A DNA stretch of 62,873 nt from a virus (IMGVR_UViG_3300008886_000002:1-62873), one strand, 5' to 3'. Numbered from the stretch's first letter, positions 8,986 through 18,600 are shown. Made by a program: numbers and translations. Notes: a model not told the origin generated them from the sequence alone.

Positions 8986-10214
8986 TGCCAAGAGCTGGAG
9001 ACGCATTCCTCAACGGTGCGCTGCCGATCAGCCATTCCCCACTGGATCGGCTGGACTACAACGCGCAAAGCCCCATCGCGGACCTCGAAGCGTTCCTCGA
9101 CGCGTTGAGCGAGTTCCTGGACGTCACGATCTTCCCCATCATCAAGAACTTGACCGGTATCGACTTGTCGTCGCCGGAGGCGTTCTTCGGGAGCCTGGTC
9201 GGGGTGGTGACCAACCCGGTGGGCGCGGTCCTGAACTTCGTGCAGGCGTTGATTCAACCGCTCATCGACCTGATCTTCAACGGGTTGACTGGCGGATCGA
9301 GTTTGGGTAATCCGTTGGAGTTGTTGCAGCCGTTGTTCAATGGGTTGCAGCGCGCCATCCAGACGGCCATCCATTCGGCGAACCAGGCGACCAACGTGGC
9401 GCGGCAGATGGCGCAGTACGTGGTGCAGATCGTGCAGTCGATCGAGGAAACCCCGGTGTTTGGGGACATCTTCAAGATGATTGATTCGTTCGCGTTTTGG
9501 GTGTTGGGGTGGTTTGGGATCACCAAGCAGTCGGTGACGCCGCAGAACCCGGCGGTGGCGGGGGTGATTGGTCGTATCTCGGCGTTGGAGTCTCAGGGGA
9601 CGGTGGGGTTGGAGGGGTTCTCGGACCACTTCGACCGCGCGTCGATTGGGACGGACTGGACGAACATCAGCCCGTATTCGGAGTTGACGTTGAAGGACGG
9701 CACCCATGTGAAGGGGTACGCCGTCAACGCTGGACGGTACACCGCGAAGACGTTGTTGACGGACAATTGGCATGTTCAGGTGGCGTTGCGGGACATGGAT
9801 TACGGCAACAGCCTGATGTATGCGTCGTGCCCCCCGGCGACCACGGACAGTGGATTCACCAACGGCATGTACATGAAGACCACCTACAACTATGGCGGTG
9901 TGTACTTCGAGGTGGGCTATCTGAATAGTGGTTTGAATGGTGGTGGCACACCGATGAAGTCGAACCATTACGACCTTGGGGTGGTGAAGGAAGGTGATGT
10001 GATCGCCGCGGAGTATTACACGGCGGACAACACGTTCTACTACTACCTCAATGGTGCGGAGATGACGGACCTGCGGTGGACGGACACGGGTAACAAGGTG
10101 TCGCATGGGTCGGGGCATCGTGAGGTGGTGTTGCTGAACTGCGGCACCAATTCCAGTCCGCAGTCGGGTCCGGGGTTCGATGATTTGTCGGCGTATGACA
10201 TCAAGGTGTCTTGA
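8985..10214 (+). CDS. Minor tail protein
   Basis: 409-aa ORF with TAATG coupling to the upstream gene. Located in the tail block. Confidence 0.7.
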   Translation: MPRAGDAFLNGALPISHSPLDRLDYNAQSPIADLEAFLDALSEFLDVTIFPIIKNLTGIDLSSPEAFFGSLVGVVTNPVGAVLNFVQALIQPLIDLIFNGLTGGSSLGNPLELLQPLFNGLQRAIQTAIHSANQATNVARQMAQYVVQIVQSIEETPVFGDIFKMIDSFAFWVLGWFGITKQSVTPQNPAVAGVIGRISALESQGTVGLEGFSDHFDRASIGTDWTNISPYSELTLKDGTHVKGYAVNAGRYTAKTLLTDNWHVQVALRDMDYGNSLMYASCPPATTDSGFTNGMYMKTTYNYGGVYFEVGYLNSGLNGGGTPMKSNHYDLGVVKEGDVIAAEYYTADNTFYYYLNGAEMTDLRWTDTGNKVSHGSGHREVVLLNCGTNSSPQSGPGFDDLSAYDIKVS

Positions 10215-12733
10215 CGTTGCCTAAGTGGGGTTTCGCGCAGGTCGATCAGCAGTGGTACAACACGCCCGATTTGTTGGCCGATGCGGAGCGCATGTACTCC
10301 GAGGTGAAGCCGTTGGCGCCGAAGTATTGGCGTATCGGTGCGGCGTGGGCGTTGATCGCGAAGCAACCCGACCCCGGCACCCTCATCGCCGGCACACCAC
10401 CCAGTTCGACGGGTCGTGACTGGACGACCTTGGATACGGCGTTGAATGAGGCCCTGTTGTTGGGGTCTGAGGTGGTGTTGATCCTTGGTGTCGCCAAACC
10501 GTATTGGGGTGGGGTGCGGATCGGGCCGTTCTCCTGGGGTGGGGTGTCCCCGTCGGCGGCGGATTTTGGGGTGTGGTGCGCGGAAGTCGTCCGACGGTAC
10601 AAGCCGGGTGGTCCCGGTATTCGCACCGACGGACGGTACGCGACGAACGGTCAGCTGAACCGTGGTGTTCGGATCTTCGAGATTTGGAATGAGGAGAACG
10701 ACCAGAACCACGACGGTGGGCAGATCAACGCGAAGGACTACACCGACCGCCTGGTCGCCGCGTATAACAGCATCAAAGCTGTCCCGGATCTGACGGGTAC
10801 CCCCACACCGGGGGTGAGCCCAGGTGTGGGGCAGTCGATGGTCATCTTCGGCGGCACCTACCATGTGCAGCGCATCGGGTCGTGGCTCGGATACGGCATC
10901 GCGTCCCTCCCCGAAATCGACTACTTGACGCAGTGCTATTCGTATGGGGCGCAGGGCAAGTTCGACGCGATGGCGGTCCACGTCTACCCGCATTTGGATA
11001 CTACTGGGTACAACGGTTCGGATGTGGGTCCGGTTCCGACGATGAACCTGGACAACATGCGCCAGTTGGTGGAGATCCGCCAGCTGATGGTGGATCAGGG
11101 TGATGGTGCGAAGAAGATTTGGGTCACTGAGGCGGGGTTCCCATGCTCGAATGTGACTGAGGCGCAGCAAAGCTCGTATTGGCAGCAGTTGTGGGGTTTG
11201 TTCGCGGCGTTGTCGTATGTCGAGGTGGTGTTGTTCTACTGCGCTCGCGATGGTGGCACGGACATGAAGAACGTGGAGTCGACGTGGGGGGCGATGCGTT
11301 ACGACTTCACTCACAAACCGGTGTGGGATTGGTTGGCGACGCTGTCGCCGGGGTTGAATGCTGGGTTCACATCGGAGGGCACGCTGTCGGCGTCGGTGAC
11401 CATTGGTGGCGCGAAGCCGGCGTTCACTGGTTCGGGGACGTTGGTGGCGAAGGCGTTGCAGGCCGTCACCCTGTCCCTGACGGGTTCTGGTGTGTTGTCG
11501 GTGACGGCGGAGAAGTTCGGGGAGAAGGCACCCGTCTTCACGGGGTCTGGAACGGTGTCGGCGACGGTTTCAGTGAAGATTCCGGTTGCTGCGCAACTGT
11601 CGGGTGAGGGTGTTGTGTCGGTGACGGTGTCGCAGACCGCGACCGCCGCCTTCACCGGTGACGGAACCCTGTCCGCGCAGGCCGGCGAGTCCGCGCCCCA
11701 ATTCACTGGTGAGGGCACGTTTACCGCAGCGGTGCAGCAGCCGGTCGTATATGACTCGCAGGGCACCTACACCAGCCAGTCCGGTGGCTCGAACAACAAG
11801 ACGATTAGCTGGGACCACACGATCACGTACAGCGATGCCAACACTTGGGTGTTCGTAGAAGTGGTGTACGGCCGCCCGAACGGTGTCAGTACCGGTGCGT
11901 CCACGGTCACCTATGGCGGTGTCACGATGACCTCGAAAGCTGCCGTTGACCAGGCTTTACCCGGTGGAAGCAGCGGGTCTCGCGGTGTTCGTGTCTTTGC
12001 ATTGCGGAACCCACCGACCGGGCCGCAAACCGTCTCGTACTACCAGCCTGGTGTGTCGAGCTTGAGCGGTAACTCGGTAGCCTTTCAAAACGCTGGCAGC
12101 GTTTCGTCAGGGATTACCGGCGCCAATAACAGCGGCACTACGGCAACGAGAATCCTCACGGGCGCTACGTCGGCGGGAAGCCGAATATCTGGTGTCTCGG
12201 CTGGCGCCCAAGCTGTGGCCAGTATCAGCGGTGTATCACGCGGGACTGTCGCCATTCAAGATGCCCCAGGTGAAGCGGATGGGTCAACTGACCTGGCGTG
12301 GTATCAGGGCAACGTTGGACAGTGGGTCACCGCGGGTGTAGTGCTCACTGCTGTAGCTCCACTGCCCTCTGTTGGTGCGAGTTTGGCCGGTTCGGGAACT
12401 CTGACCGCCACGGTGATCGCCAACCCTGTGGTTGCCCCCACCTTCACGGGTGCGGGCACCCTCACTGCCGCCACAGTGCCATCCCTGCCGGTATCCGCCG
12501 CTTTCACCGGCGATGGTGTGTTGACGGCCCTCCTTCAAGGCGGAGCGCTGTTCTCCTCCGTCGGCACCCTGTCAGCAGTTGTTTCGGCCATCCTCCGCGC
12601 CAATGCCACCCACAGCGGCACAGGCACTCTCACGGTCGTAGCAGCGCAAGCAGTCACCGCCAACTTCACCGGCACCGGCGCGGTCACCGCCGCCACCGGC
12701 TTCCCCTACACCTTCCCGATTACCCTGGCCTAA
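10211..12733 (+). CDS. Minor tail protein with N-terminal clan GH-A glycoside hydrolase domain and FTGxGTLSA repeat tracts
   Basis: TTGA overlap at the start. Contains FEIWNEEN (acid/base NE motif) and KIWVTEAGF (nucleophile TE motif). Two tracts of degenerate about 15-aa repeats. Confidence 0.8.
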   Translation: MTLPKWGFAQVDQQWYNTPDLLADAERMYSEVKPLAPKYWRIGAAWALIAKQPDPGTLIAGTPPSSTGRDWTTLDTALNEALLLGSEVVLILGVAKPYWGGVRIGPFSWGGVSPSAADFGVWCAEVVRRYKPGGPGIRTDGRYATNGQLNRGVRIFEIWNEENDQNHDGGQINAKDYTDRLVAAYNSIKAVPDLTGTPTPGVSPGVGQSMVIFGGTYHVQRIGSWLGYGIASLPEIDYLTQCYSYGAQGKFDAMAVHVYPHLDTTGYNGSDVGPVPTMNLDNMRQLVEIRQLMVDQGDGAKKIWVTEAGFPCSNVTEAQQSSYWQQLWGLFAALSYVEVVLFYCARDGGTDMKNVESTWGAMRYDFTHKPVWDWLATLSPGLNAGFTSEGTLSASVTIGGAKPAFTGSGTLVAKALQAVTLSLTGSGVLSVTAEKFGEKAPVFTGSGTVSATVSVKIPVAAQLSGEGVVSVTVSQTATAAFTGDGTLSAQAGESAPQFTGEGTFTAAVQQPVVYDSQGTYTSQSGGSNNKTISWDHTITYSDANTWVFVEVVYGRPNGVSTGASTVTYGGVTMTSKAAVDQALPGGSSGSRGVRVFALRNPPTGPQTVSYYQPGVSSLSGNSVAFQNAGSVSSGITGANNSGTTATRILTGATSAGSRISGVSAGAQAVASISGVSRGTVAIQDAPGEADGSTDLAWYQGNVGQWVTAGVVLTAVAPLPSVGASLAGSGTLTATVIANPVVAPTFTGAGTLTAATVPSLPVSAAFTGDGVLTALLQGGALFSSVGTLSAVVSAILRANATHSGTGTLTVVAAQAVTANFTGTGAVTAATGFPYTFPITLA
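11350..11740 (+). repeat. Degenerate tandem coding repeats (xFTGxGTLSAxV), first tract; second tract at 12376..12700
   Basis: AGFTSEGTLSA / AFTGSGTLVA / SLTGSGVLSV / VFTGSGTVSA / QLSGEGVVSV / AFTGDGTLSA / QFTGEGTFTA read in the translation. Confidence 0.8.
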
Positions 12734-12743
12734 AGGACACTCC

Positions 12744-13538
12744 ATGCCAGCACTACCCACAAACTTCACCACCGGTGGAACCCTGTCCGCCACGCAGTAC
12801 AACGCCACCAACGCTGCAGTGAACGGACTCAACCAAGCGGGAACTTTCGCGTCGCTCCCCGCAGCGGGGTTCCCGGGAGCCCTGTACCAGGCCACCGACA
12901 ACGGCAACCTGTACCGCGACAACGGCACCGCCTGGAACATCATCAGCATTGCCGGAACCGGACTCTCCGGCGTCGCTCCAGCCTCCACTGGCTGGTCCAC
13001 CACAACCTTGGGTTCATCCACATTCACCGCAGACAAAGATGGCTACATCCTCAACGCGGTCGCTGTCGGCAGCAACTCCGAGACGTTGCGCATGCAATAC
13101 CGCACCCTCACGGCGACGTCCAACTACACCGCCACGTTCTACATGGACTGGCAACTCGCAGGAGCGGTGAACAATGCCATGGTCATCGCAGTCGGGGACG
13201 GAACCAAGTGGGTAGACTTTGGCCTGCAGCGAGACGGTGGTACGTCTCTCCCCGACATCCGCGTCTTTCAACACACCAATGCCACCACCTACTCATCAAC
13301 GCCGTTCGCATTTGGGACAGCCAAATCGGCGTTGTACACCACCGCCCGTTGGTGGCGAATCCGCGACGACGGCACCAACCACTACTTCGGTGTATCCCTT
13401 AATGGGATTGATTGGGTCGAGGTGTACTCGCAGTCCCGCACTGCGTGGTTGACCCCGTCAGTCATTGGCTGGGGCGCCAACGTCTACGGGTCGAACTACA
13501 CGGCGTTGGCCAGAATGCGTTCGCTGACGGGCGCGTAA
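12744..13538 (+). CDS. Minor tail protein (receptor-binding-type)
   Basis: 264-aa ORF with an aaagga SD. N-terminus PTNFTTGGTLSATQYNA...LYQATDNGNLYRDNGTAWN is typical of actinophage tail-fibre-like proteins. Confidence 0.7.
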   Translation: MPALPTNFTTGGTLSATQYNATNAAVNGLNQAGTFASLPAAGFPGALYQATDNGNLYRDNGTAWNIISIAGTGLSGVAPASTGWSTTTLGSSTFTADKDGYILNAVAVGSNSETLRMQYRTLTATSNYTATFYMDWQLAGAVNNAMVIAVGDGTKWVDFGLQRDGGTSLPDIRVFQHTNATTYSSTPFAFGTAKSALYTTARWWRIRDDGTNHYFGVSLNGIDWVEVYSQSRTAWLTPSVIGWGANVYGSNYTALARMRSLTGA

Positions 13539-14669
13539 CCCAGTGGCGATCATCCACCCAAACGTCGTCACTGTGAGTAAGGGATATATCAGTGCGGCCC
13601 ACGCTAACCCTCCGGGACGGCTGATCTGGTTGGCCACCGGCTGCAACTGATCCAACGCATTTGGCACCGCCACCACCATCACGATGAGCCACACCCAGAA
13701 CAACACCCGCGCGCCCTTCGCCTGGCACCAGGTGCCGTTCCGCAGCCACATCACCAACGGCACCAACCAAACCCAATGGTTGGTCCACGACACCGGCGGG
13801 ACCAGCAACCCAAATATCATGATCACCAACAACGCTCCCACCGCATCCTGTCGGAGCATCCACCACGCGCCAACCGCAACCAGAAACGTGGCTGCGATGG
13901 CAACTACGACGAGAGCACTCATCCCCGGGTCGTAACCCACCACGCGGGCGATCCCAGCTCGCCATGACTGGTTGACGGTGTAACCCATTGAGAACAACGA
14001 GTCCCCGCCGATCCAATCGGTGAAGTAGGCGACAACTCGATTGCCCACCAGTGGATACGCCGCTAGCAGGGTGGCAAGGAACGCGACAACCGAGAACGTC
14101 ATAGCTGCCCAGCGCCGTCCCCCGCCGAAATAGAAGGCTGCGATGGCAGGAGTCAGCTTTACTCCCGATGCGACCCCTACGAGTAGGCCGGATGCCCACC
14201 ATCGTGTGCTGTAGGCCGCATAGAGAACGACGAGCATCAAGAAGACGCCGACGTTTCCCGACTTGATGTTCCCGACTATGGGTTCAAGCCATATACCGCC
14301 TGCCGTCCACAGCATCGCGGCCCGTGGATCGTTCCTCTTCATGAGCCGCAGAGCGATCCGCATCGACACATAGAGGGCGGCGACCACCGACACCCTCCAC
14401 AGAAACGTGACCAGCCAAAACGGCAACCAATGCAGCGGATAGAAAAGCATCGCCGCAAACGGTGGATAAACGAAAGGCAACGCGGTCATCTGGTCGATCC
14501 AGCCTGGCGTGTACATAACGGACGGTGCTTTCAATGCTTCGCCGCCAAAAACGTATACGTGCAGGTCACCTGCGTAGGTAAACGAGCTTGTCGCCAGCGA
14601 CCCCGTCGCGCTGACCGCTAGTAGCCACGGCGCCCCCCGCCGCCAATGGTCGACATTCACACGCTTCAA
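13458..14669 (-). CDS. Polytopic membrane glycosyltransferase, GT87/DUF2029-like (GT-C fold)
   Basis: 403 aa with many hydrophobic spans. Loop YAGDLHVYVFGGEAL...FVYPPFAAMLFYP resembles the PimE/Rv2181-type catalytic loop. It is the only minus-strand gene in the tail block and has an SD (gaggggga) before TTG. Confidence 0.7.
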   Translation of the reverse strand: MKRVNVDHWRRGAPWLLAVSATGSLATSSFTYAGDLHVYVFGGEALKAPSVMYTPGWIDQMTALPFVYPPFAAMLFYPLHWLPFWLVTFLWRVSVVAALYVSMRIALRLMKRNDPRAAMLWTAGGIWLEPIVGNIKSGNVGVFLMLVVLYAAYSTRWWASGLLVGVASGVKLTPAIAAFYFGGGRRWAAMTFSVVAFLATLLAAYPLVGNRVVAYFTDWIGGDSLFSMGYTVNQSWRAGIARVVGYDPGMSALVVVAIAATFLVAVGAWWMLRQDAVGALLVIMIFGLLVPPVSWTNHWVWLVPLVMWLRNGTWCQAKGARVLFWVWLIVMVVAVPNALDQLQPVANQISRPGGLAWAALIYPLLTVTTFGWMIATGLRARQRTHSGQRRVVRPVDVGAPAND

Positions 14670-14782
14670 CGAACTTCCCCCTCAATCCCGACGCTAACTC
14701 CTCACAGCGTGTGTGGGAAGCCCCCCAAACGCACCCTGACCCACCCGGTGTCAGGGGCCATCACCCAAGTAAAGGAAACATC

Positions 14783-15133
14783 GTGGCTATTGCCGTGACC
14801 GCAACCCGCAACACCCTCGCCACCTCCTACGGAACCGCCCTCTCCTGGATCGGCATCGCGACCGGCGACCCCGGCACCTCCGCCACCCCCGCCAACGAAG
14901 CCACCGGTGGTTCCCCCGCCTACGCCCGGAAGCAGACCACCTGGGGTACCGCAGCGTCGGGCGCCATCACCGGCAGCTCCGTCACCGTAGATCTTGCAGC
15001 AGGCACGTACTCGTTTGCCATCTTGGCTTCTGCGGCGACCGGAAATACGATGGGGGATAAGGTCAGCATCACGTCAACAACCCTTGGAACGCAAGGGCAG
15101 CTGGTCGTTACCCCAAGTTATACTCAGTCCTAG
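14783..15133 (+). CDS. Small tail-associated protein (hypothetical)
   Basis: GTG start 7 nt after the aaaggaaa SD, internal to track ORF 14711..15133. Ala/Thr/Gly-rich, 116 aa. Confidence 0.65.
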   Translation: MAIAVTATRNTLATSYGTALSWIGIATGDPGTSATPANEATGGSPAYARKQTTWGTAASGAITGSSVTVDLAAGTYSFAILASAATGNTMGDKVSITSTTLGTQGQLVVTPSYTQS

Positions 15134-15155
15134 AGCTGGTAAAACGTTGTGTAGG

Positions 15156-15164
15156 TGATAGAAT
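15156..15164 (+). promoter_or_regulatory. Extended -10 promoter (TGaTAGAAT) giving a leaderless HNH transcript
   Basis: The TGnTAGAAT element ends 7 nt before ATG 15172, and there is no SD in between. Confidence 0.5.
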
Positions 15165-15171
15165 CATTCAC

Positions 15172-15819
15172 ATGCATGACGAACCTCAGAAAGAGACTTG
15201 GAAGCCAATTCCGGGCTTTGAAGGCAAGTACGAAGTCAGTGATCTTGGTCGCGTTAAGTCGTTGCCAAGGACCATCCAACGGGGCGGTCACAACTACAGA
15301 ATTCGCGGACAGATTCTGAAGCAAACTCCAGATAAGGCGGGACGCCTGCTTGTGGGCCTCTACCCGGGGTCAGTTAGGCGGGGAAAGCTGCATTTCGTGC
15401 ACCGATTGGTGCTGGAAGCTTTTGTTGGTCCTCGTCCTGAAGGCATGGTCTGCTGCCATCACAACGATGTCTCTACAGACAACCGCCTGTGCAACCTTCG
15501 TTGGGACACCATGTCTGCCAACAACTATGACAAGGTTCGCAACGGTGGCGACCACAACGCGAGCCGTACCCATTGCGATTCGGGCCATGAGTACACCCCC
15601 GACAACACTCAAGTGTTGCTCAAGGGCGGTCGCCAGTGCATTGAATGCCATCGGCGTTACGTCCGTGAATACATGCGTCGTAAACGAAGCGAGCCGAAGA
15701 ACGCCGGTATTTGCGGCCAGTGCGGCAAGCCGCGAGATTCCGCACAGTTCAAGTGCTGCAGTAGATGCCGCGAGTACGCACGTGCATACCGGGCTCGTCG
15801 TAACGGGCAGACCGCGTGA
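15172..15819 (+). CDS. HNH homing endonuclease (NUMOD4 + HNH_3 type)
   Basis: WKPIPGFEGKYEVSDLGRVKS (NUMOD4) and VHRLVLEAFVG...CCHHNDVSTDNRLCNLRWDT (HNH), with a Cys-rich tail. Confidence 0.9.
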   Translation: MHDEPQKETWKPIPGFEGKYEVSDLGRVKSLPRTIQRGGHNYRIRGQILKQTPDKAGRLLVGLYPGSVRRGKLHFVHRLVLEAFVGPRPEGMVCCHHNDVSTDNRLCNLRWDTMSANNYDKVRNGGDHNASRTHCDSGHEYTPDNTQVLLKGGRQCIECHRRYVREYMRRKRSEPKNAGICGQCGKPRDSAQFKCCSRCREYARAYRARRNGQTA

Positions 15820-16001
15820 GTCTCTACGAACGGGTGAGCATCAGCCCCGACGATCTCATTGCCGCGCTGCAGCAAGTGAATCAACGATGGCGGGATGCTC
15901 GGTTGCACAAGAACGACGTGACCAAGAACCTCACCATCCACGTCGGCGGCGAAATGGTTGGTGTCGTTGACTTACTGCGCGCCACTGTCGATGACTTCTA
16001 A
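15816..16001 (+). CDS. Hypothetical protein
   Basis: 61-aa ORF with GTGA overlap to the HNH stop. Confidence 0.6.
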   Translation: MSLYERVSISPDDLIAALQQVNQRWRDARLHKNDVTKNLTIHVGGEMVGVVDLLRATVDDF

Positions 16002-16023
16002 CTGACCCAACGAACCGCACTCG

Positions 16024-16050
16024 AAGGCCCTCACCACTGGTGGGGGCCTT
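16024..16050 (+). terminator. Stem-loop (copy B of the repeated terminator-SD module)
   Basis: 16021..16065 matches 7437..7481 at 43 of 45 nt. Same 12-bp stem, but a weaker T-tract (ccttctg). Confidence 0.6.
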
Positions 16051-16068
16051 CTGCATGGAAGGACGACG

Positions 16069-16230
16069 ATGGTCGACAGTCTTGCCGAGGAATTGGCGGC
16101 GATAGCTGACTTCGCGGAACGAGCAGATGTGGTGTCGGAAGTCCTGTTCAACTACTTACCCGACCTGGATTACGTGCTGAACTGCCAGATAGCGCGGGAC
16201 GTCGTGCTCAATCTAGAAGGCCGGTCGTGA
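16069..16230 (+). CDS. Hypothetical protein (53 aa, below the ORF-track cutoff)
   Basis: Read directly: ATG after the ggaaggacg SD, no in-frame stops, and its TGA overlaps the GTG of the next gene (GTGA). Confidence 0.6.
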   Translation: MVDSLAEELAAIADFAERADVVSEVLFNYLPDLDYVLNCQIARDVVLNLEGRS

Positions 16231-16538
16231 GTGGGGCGGGGCTTCTCGCCCTGACGGTGTGGCCTGCCTACATCGGTTTCGGCACACACCCCGACGAAGA
16301 CCTGCCCACCGAGAAGCGGTTCCAAATCCGTTGGGGCACCGAAGATGGTTTCACCGTCGGGCATGCGCACCCCGTCATCGACACCGGCGACTACCCCTGC
16401 CTGCTGTACTTCCATGCACCCACCGGGCCGCCGTCGTTCTCCGCCCAATTCCAGCACCCCGTGCACCTCACCGCAGGCCGTCAACACATCGGGCCCATCG
16501 TGTGCGTCGGCGACGAGATCACCGCGCAAGTGAACTGA
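16227..16538 (+). CDS. Hypothetical protein
   Basis: 103-aa ORF with GTGA coupling. Confidence 0.65.
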   Translation: MSGAGLLALTVWPAYIGFGTHPDEDLPTEKRFQIRWGTEDGFTVGHAHPVIDTGDYPCLLYFHAPTGPPSFSAQFQHPVHLTAGRQHIGPIVCVGDEITAQVN

Positions 16539-16551
16539 AAGGCGTTGACCT

Positions 16552-17238
16552 GTGGCCAACCTGGTGTATTTCACGGTGACTGGAACGTTCCTCGCCGCGG
16601 TACGGGACTCGGTGTACGACGTCGACAACGACCCCGAACTCACCCCCATGACCGGTTCCGTAGTCCTTACCCCCCTCATCGATTCCGGGGACTCCCTGCC
16701 CGCGCCGACCCTCACGCCGCCCGCCAACCTGTGGCTCGTCCCCATCAAAGCGCAAATCCGAGCCGGGAAGATCACCGCCAACGGCGCCACCGGAGTGAAG
16801 CTGGTCGCCAACACCGCGGTCCTCGGCCTCGCCGGGAACCTGTACTACCGCGTCGACTACCCCGAAGGGCTCACCGCAGGCGGGAAGACCTACCAACCCG
16901 ACTCGTTCACCTTCCAAGCGCCCCTCACCGCCACCACCGTCGACCTCGTCGAAGTAACCCCCCTTCCCGGACATCCCGCCTTCGCCGAAGTCCTCCCCGT
17001 CGTCACCGTCGCCGGGCAAAAAGGCAACGTGCTCCTCACCGTCGACGACCTCGGAGACGCTCAACCCACCGGCAAGGACCTCACCCGTTCTGAAACACCC
17101 GTCGACGCCCGCACCGCCATCCACGCCCTCGCCGGAACCATCGTCGACCCCACCGGAACCGTCATCACCAACAAGGCAGCCCGCATCGTCCTGGACTCCA
17201 ACGGCGAAATCGACGACATCATCATGGAAGGCATCTGA
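16552..17238 (+). CDS. Minor tail protein; intact paralogue of the IS-disrupted gene at 49571
   Basis: N-terminus LVYFTVTGTF and C-terminal FTFQAPLTATTVDLVEVTPLPG align with 49571..49876 plus 51227..51355. Confidence 0.7.
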   Translation: MANLVYFTVTGTFLAAVRDSVYDVDNDPELTPMTGSVVLTPLIDSGDSLPAPTLTPPANLWLVPIKAQIRAGKITANGATGVKLVANTAVLGLAGNLYYRVDYPEGLTAGGKTYQPDSFTFQAPLTATTVDLVEVTPLPGHPAFAEVLPVVTVAGQKGNVLLTVDDLGDAQPTGKDLTRSETPVDARTAIHALAGTIVDPTGTVITNKAARIVLDSNGEIDDIIMEGI

Positions 17239-18065
17239 TGGCACTGGCGAAGGACGCCACCCGATACGGGGGACGCGCACGCGCATTCGACAAAGGTCAA
17301 CCCACCGGGGAAATCCTCTACGCCTCCAACTTCGGTGACAACTACTTCGACGGTTGGCGCGCCTCCCACTTCACCGGCATGGCCGCCACCCCACCGCTGG
17401 GGTTGACGTCCTACCCCACGCATTCCGGGCGCCTCGCCCTCCAGTTGTCCACCGAGATGCGCACCTACGACGTCAACAACCAAGGCAAGTCTTGCTACAC
17501 CTTCCGCGGGCTGTCGCTGTATACCAGCCGCCGCTACCTGTCGTATTCGGCGTTCCTCGCGCTCGGCGTGGGTGGGTTTAACCAGACGTGGCAAGAGTTC
17601 GGCATGTACTTCGACATCCAGAAGCAAGACAACAGTTCCCGGTCCTTCCCCGCATTGACGGTCAAGAGCATGGGGTCGCCCACCTATTCGAAGGTGCAGA
17701 TCCGCAACGACGCGAAAACACCCATCGACATCCCCGGCACCACCCATCTGTGGACCGGTGACAACGAAAACAAGCAAGGCTTCGGCTATTTGCGGTTGAC
17801 GTGGGATCTGCAAGCCAACAGCGGGTTGGGTGGCTACAAGGAAGCTCAAGTGCAGAATCAGGTGTTCGACCTCACCGGACTGTCCGGGCAGTCCGCCGCC
17901 GAACCACCCCAAACTGACGCCCTCACCGGGCAGGGGAACATCGCGGAGTTCAACGGCGGCTTGAACATTGGTCTCTACATCAACCGGTCCTCTGATACCG
18001 GGCTGGCCGACCAGTACCCGGCAACGCTGGTCGCCGATTCGATCATCGTGTCCAACCACGACTAA
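17238..18065 (+). CDS. Minor tail protein (hypothetical)
   Basis: 275-aa ORF with TGATG coupling. Located in the tail block. Confidence 0.65.
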   Translation: MALAKDATRYGGRARAFDKGQPTGEILYASNFGDNYFDGWRASHFTGMAATPPLGLTSYPTHSGRLALQLSTEMRTYDVNNQGKSCYTFRGLSLYTSRRYLSYSAFLALGVGGFNQTWQEFGMYFDIQKQDNSSRSFPALTVKSMGSPTYSKVQIRNDAKTPIDIPGTTHLWTGDNENKQGFGYLRLTWDLQANSGLGGYKEAQVQNQVFDLTGLSGQSAAEPPQTDALTGQGNIAEFNGGLNIGLYINRSSDTGLADQYPATLVADSIIVSNHD

Positions 18066-18074
18066 TAGGGGCTT

Positions 18075-18599
18075 GTGATGACGTACTCGATTGCGATACC
18101 CCTGCTGACCGCGCAAACCTCAGACGGCACCGCCGGCATCAAATTCGACGATGGTGGCGGTTTCGGACTGAACTATCCCACCAACAAACCGGACTGGGCG
18201 TGGGCCGATGAAATCACCTTCGCCATCACCATCCTCGCCGTCTCGGGAGCTCCGACGACGTGGTCGGTGGGGGCAAAGCTTCAGTTCATGCAACCCCACA
18301 CCTACAATTTTCAGTTTCAGAAGCCCCGCCACTTCGACCTGCAACCGGAACAAGTAGACACCTGCGTGGTGGAGAAGTGCGGTTTCTACACCGGCCTCCA
18401 CACCGCCCCGTTGGATGGAGACTTCGGAATCATCGCCGACAACACCGACACCCCGCCGACGGTGACCACGCCGATTCAGGTGCAGCGCACGGTCCGCAAC
18501 TTCGGCCAGGCAGCCCGAGTGAAGCTGAATCTCACGCATACCGGCGGCACGGACCCCCGTGTCGGTATGTCCATCACCGCGATCCTGAAGGCGCACTAA
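18075..18599 (+). CDS. Hypothetical protein (tail block)
   Basis: 174-aa ORF 9 nt after the upstream stop. Confidence 0.65.
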   Translation: MMTYSIAIPLLTAQTSDGTAGIKFDDGGGFGLNYPTNKPDWAWADEITFAITILAVSGAPTTWSVGAKLQFMQPHTYNFQFQKPRHFDLQPEQVDTCVVEKCGFYTGLHTAPLDGDFGIIADNTDTPPTVTTPIQVQRTVRNFGQAARVKLNLTHTGGTDPRVGMSITAILKAH

Positions 18600-18600
18600 C

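Noticed and set aside
7960-11314. Long minus-strand ORFs (7960..9006, 8934..10118, 10043..11314) antisense to the tail genes
   Set aside because: They are Arg/His/Pro-rich with low-complexity translations. They are fully nested opposite well-supported, translationally coupled plus-strand genes. These are typical shadow ORFs of GC-rich DNA.
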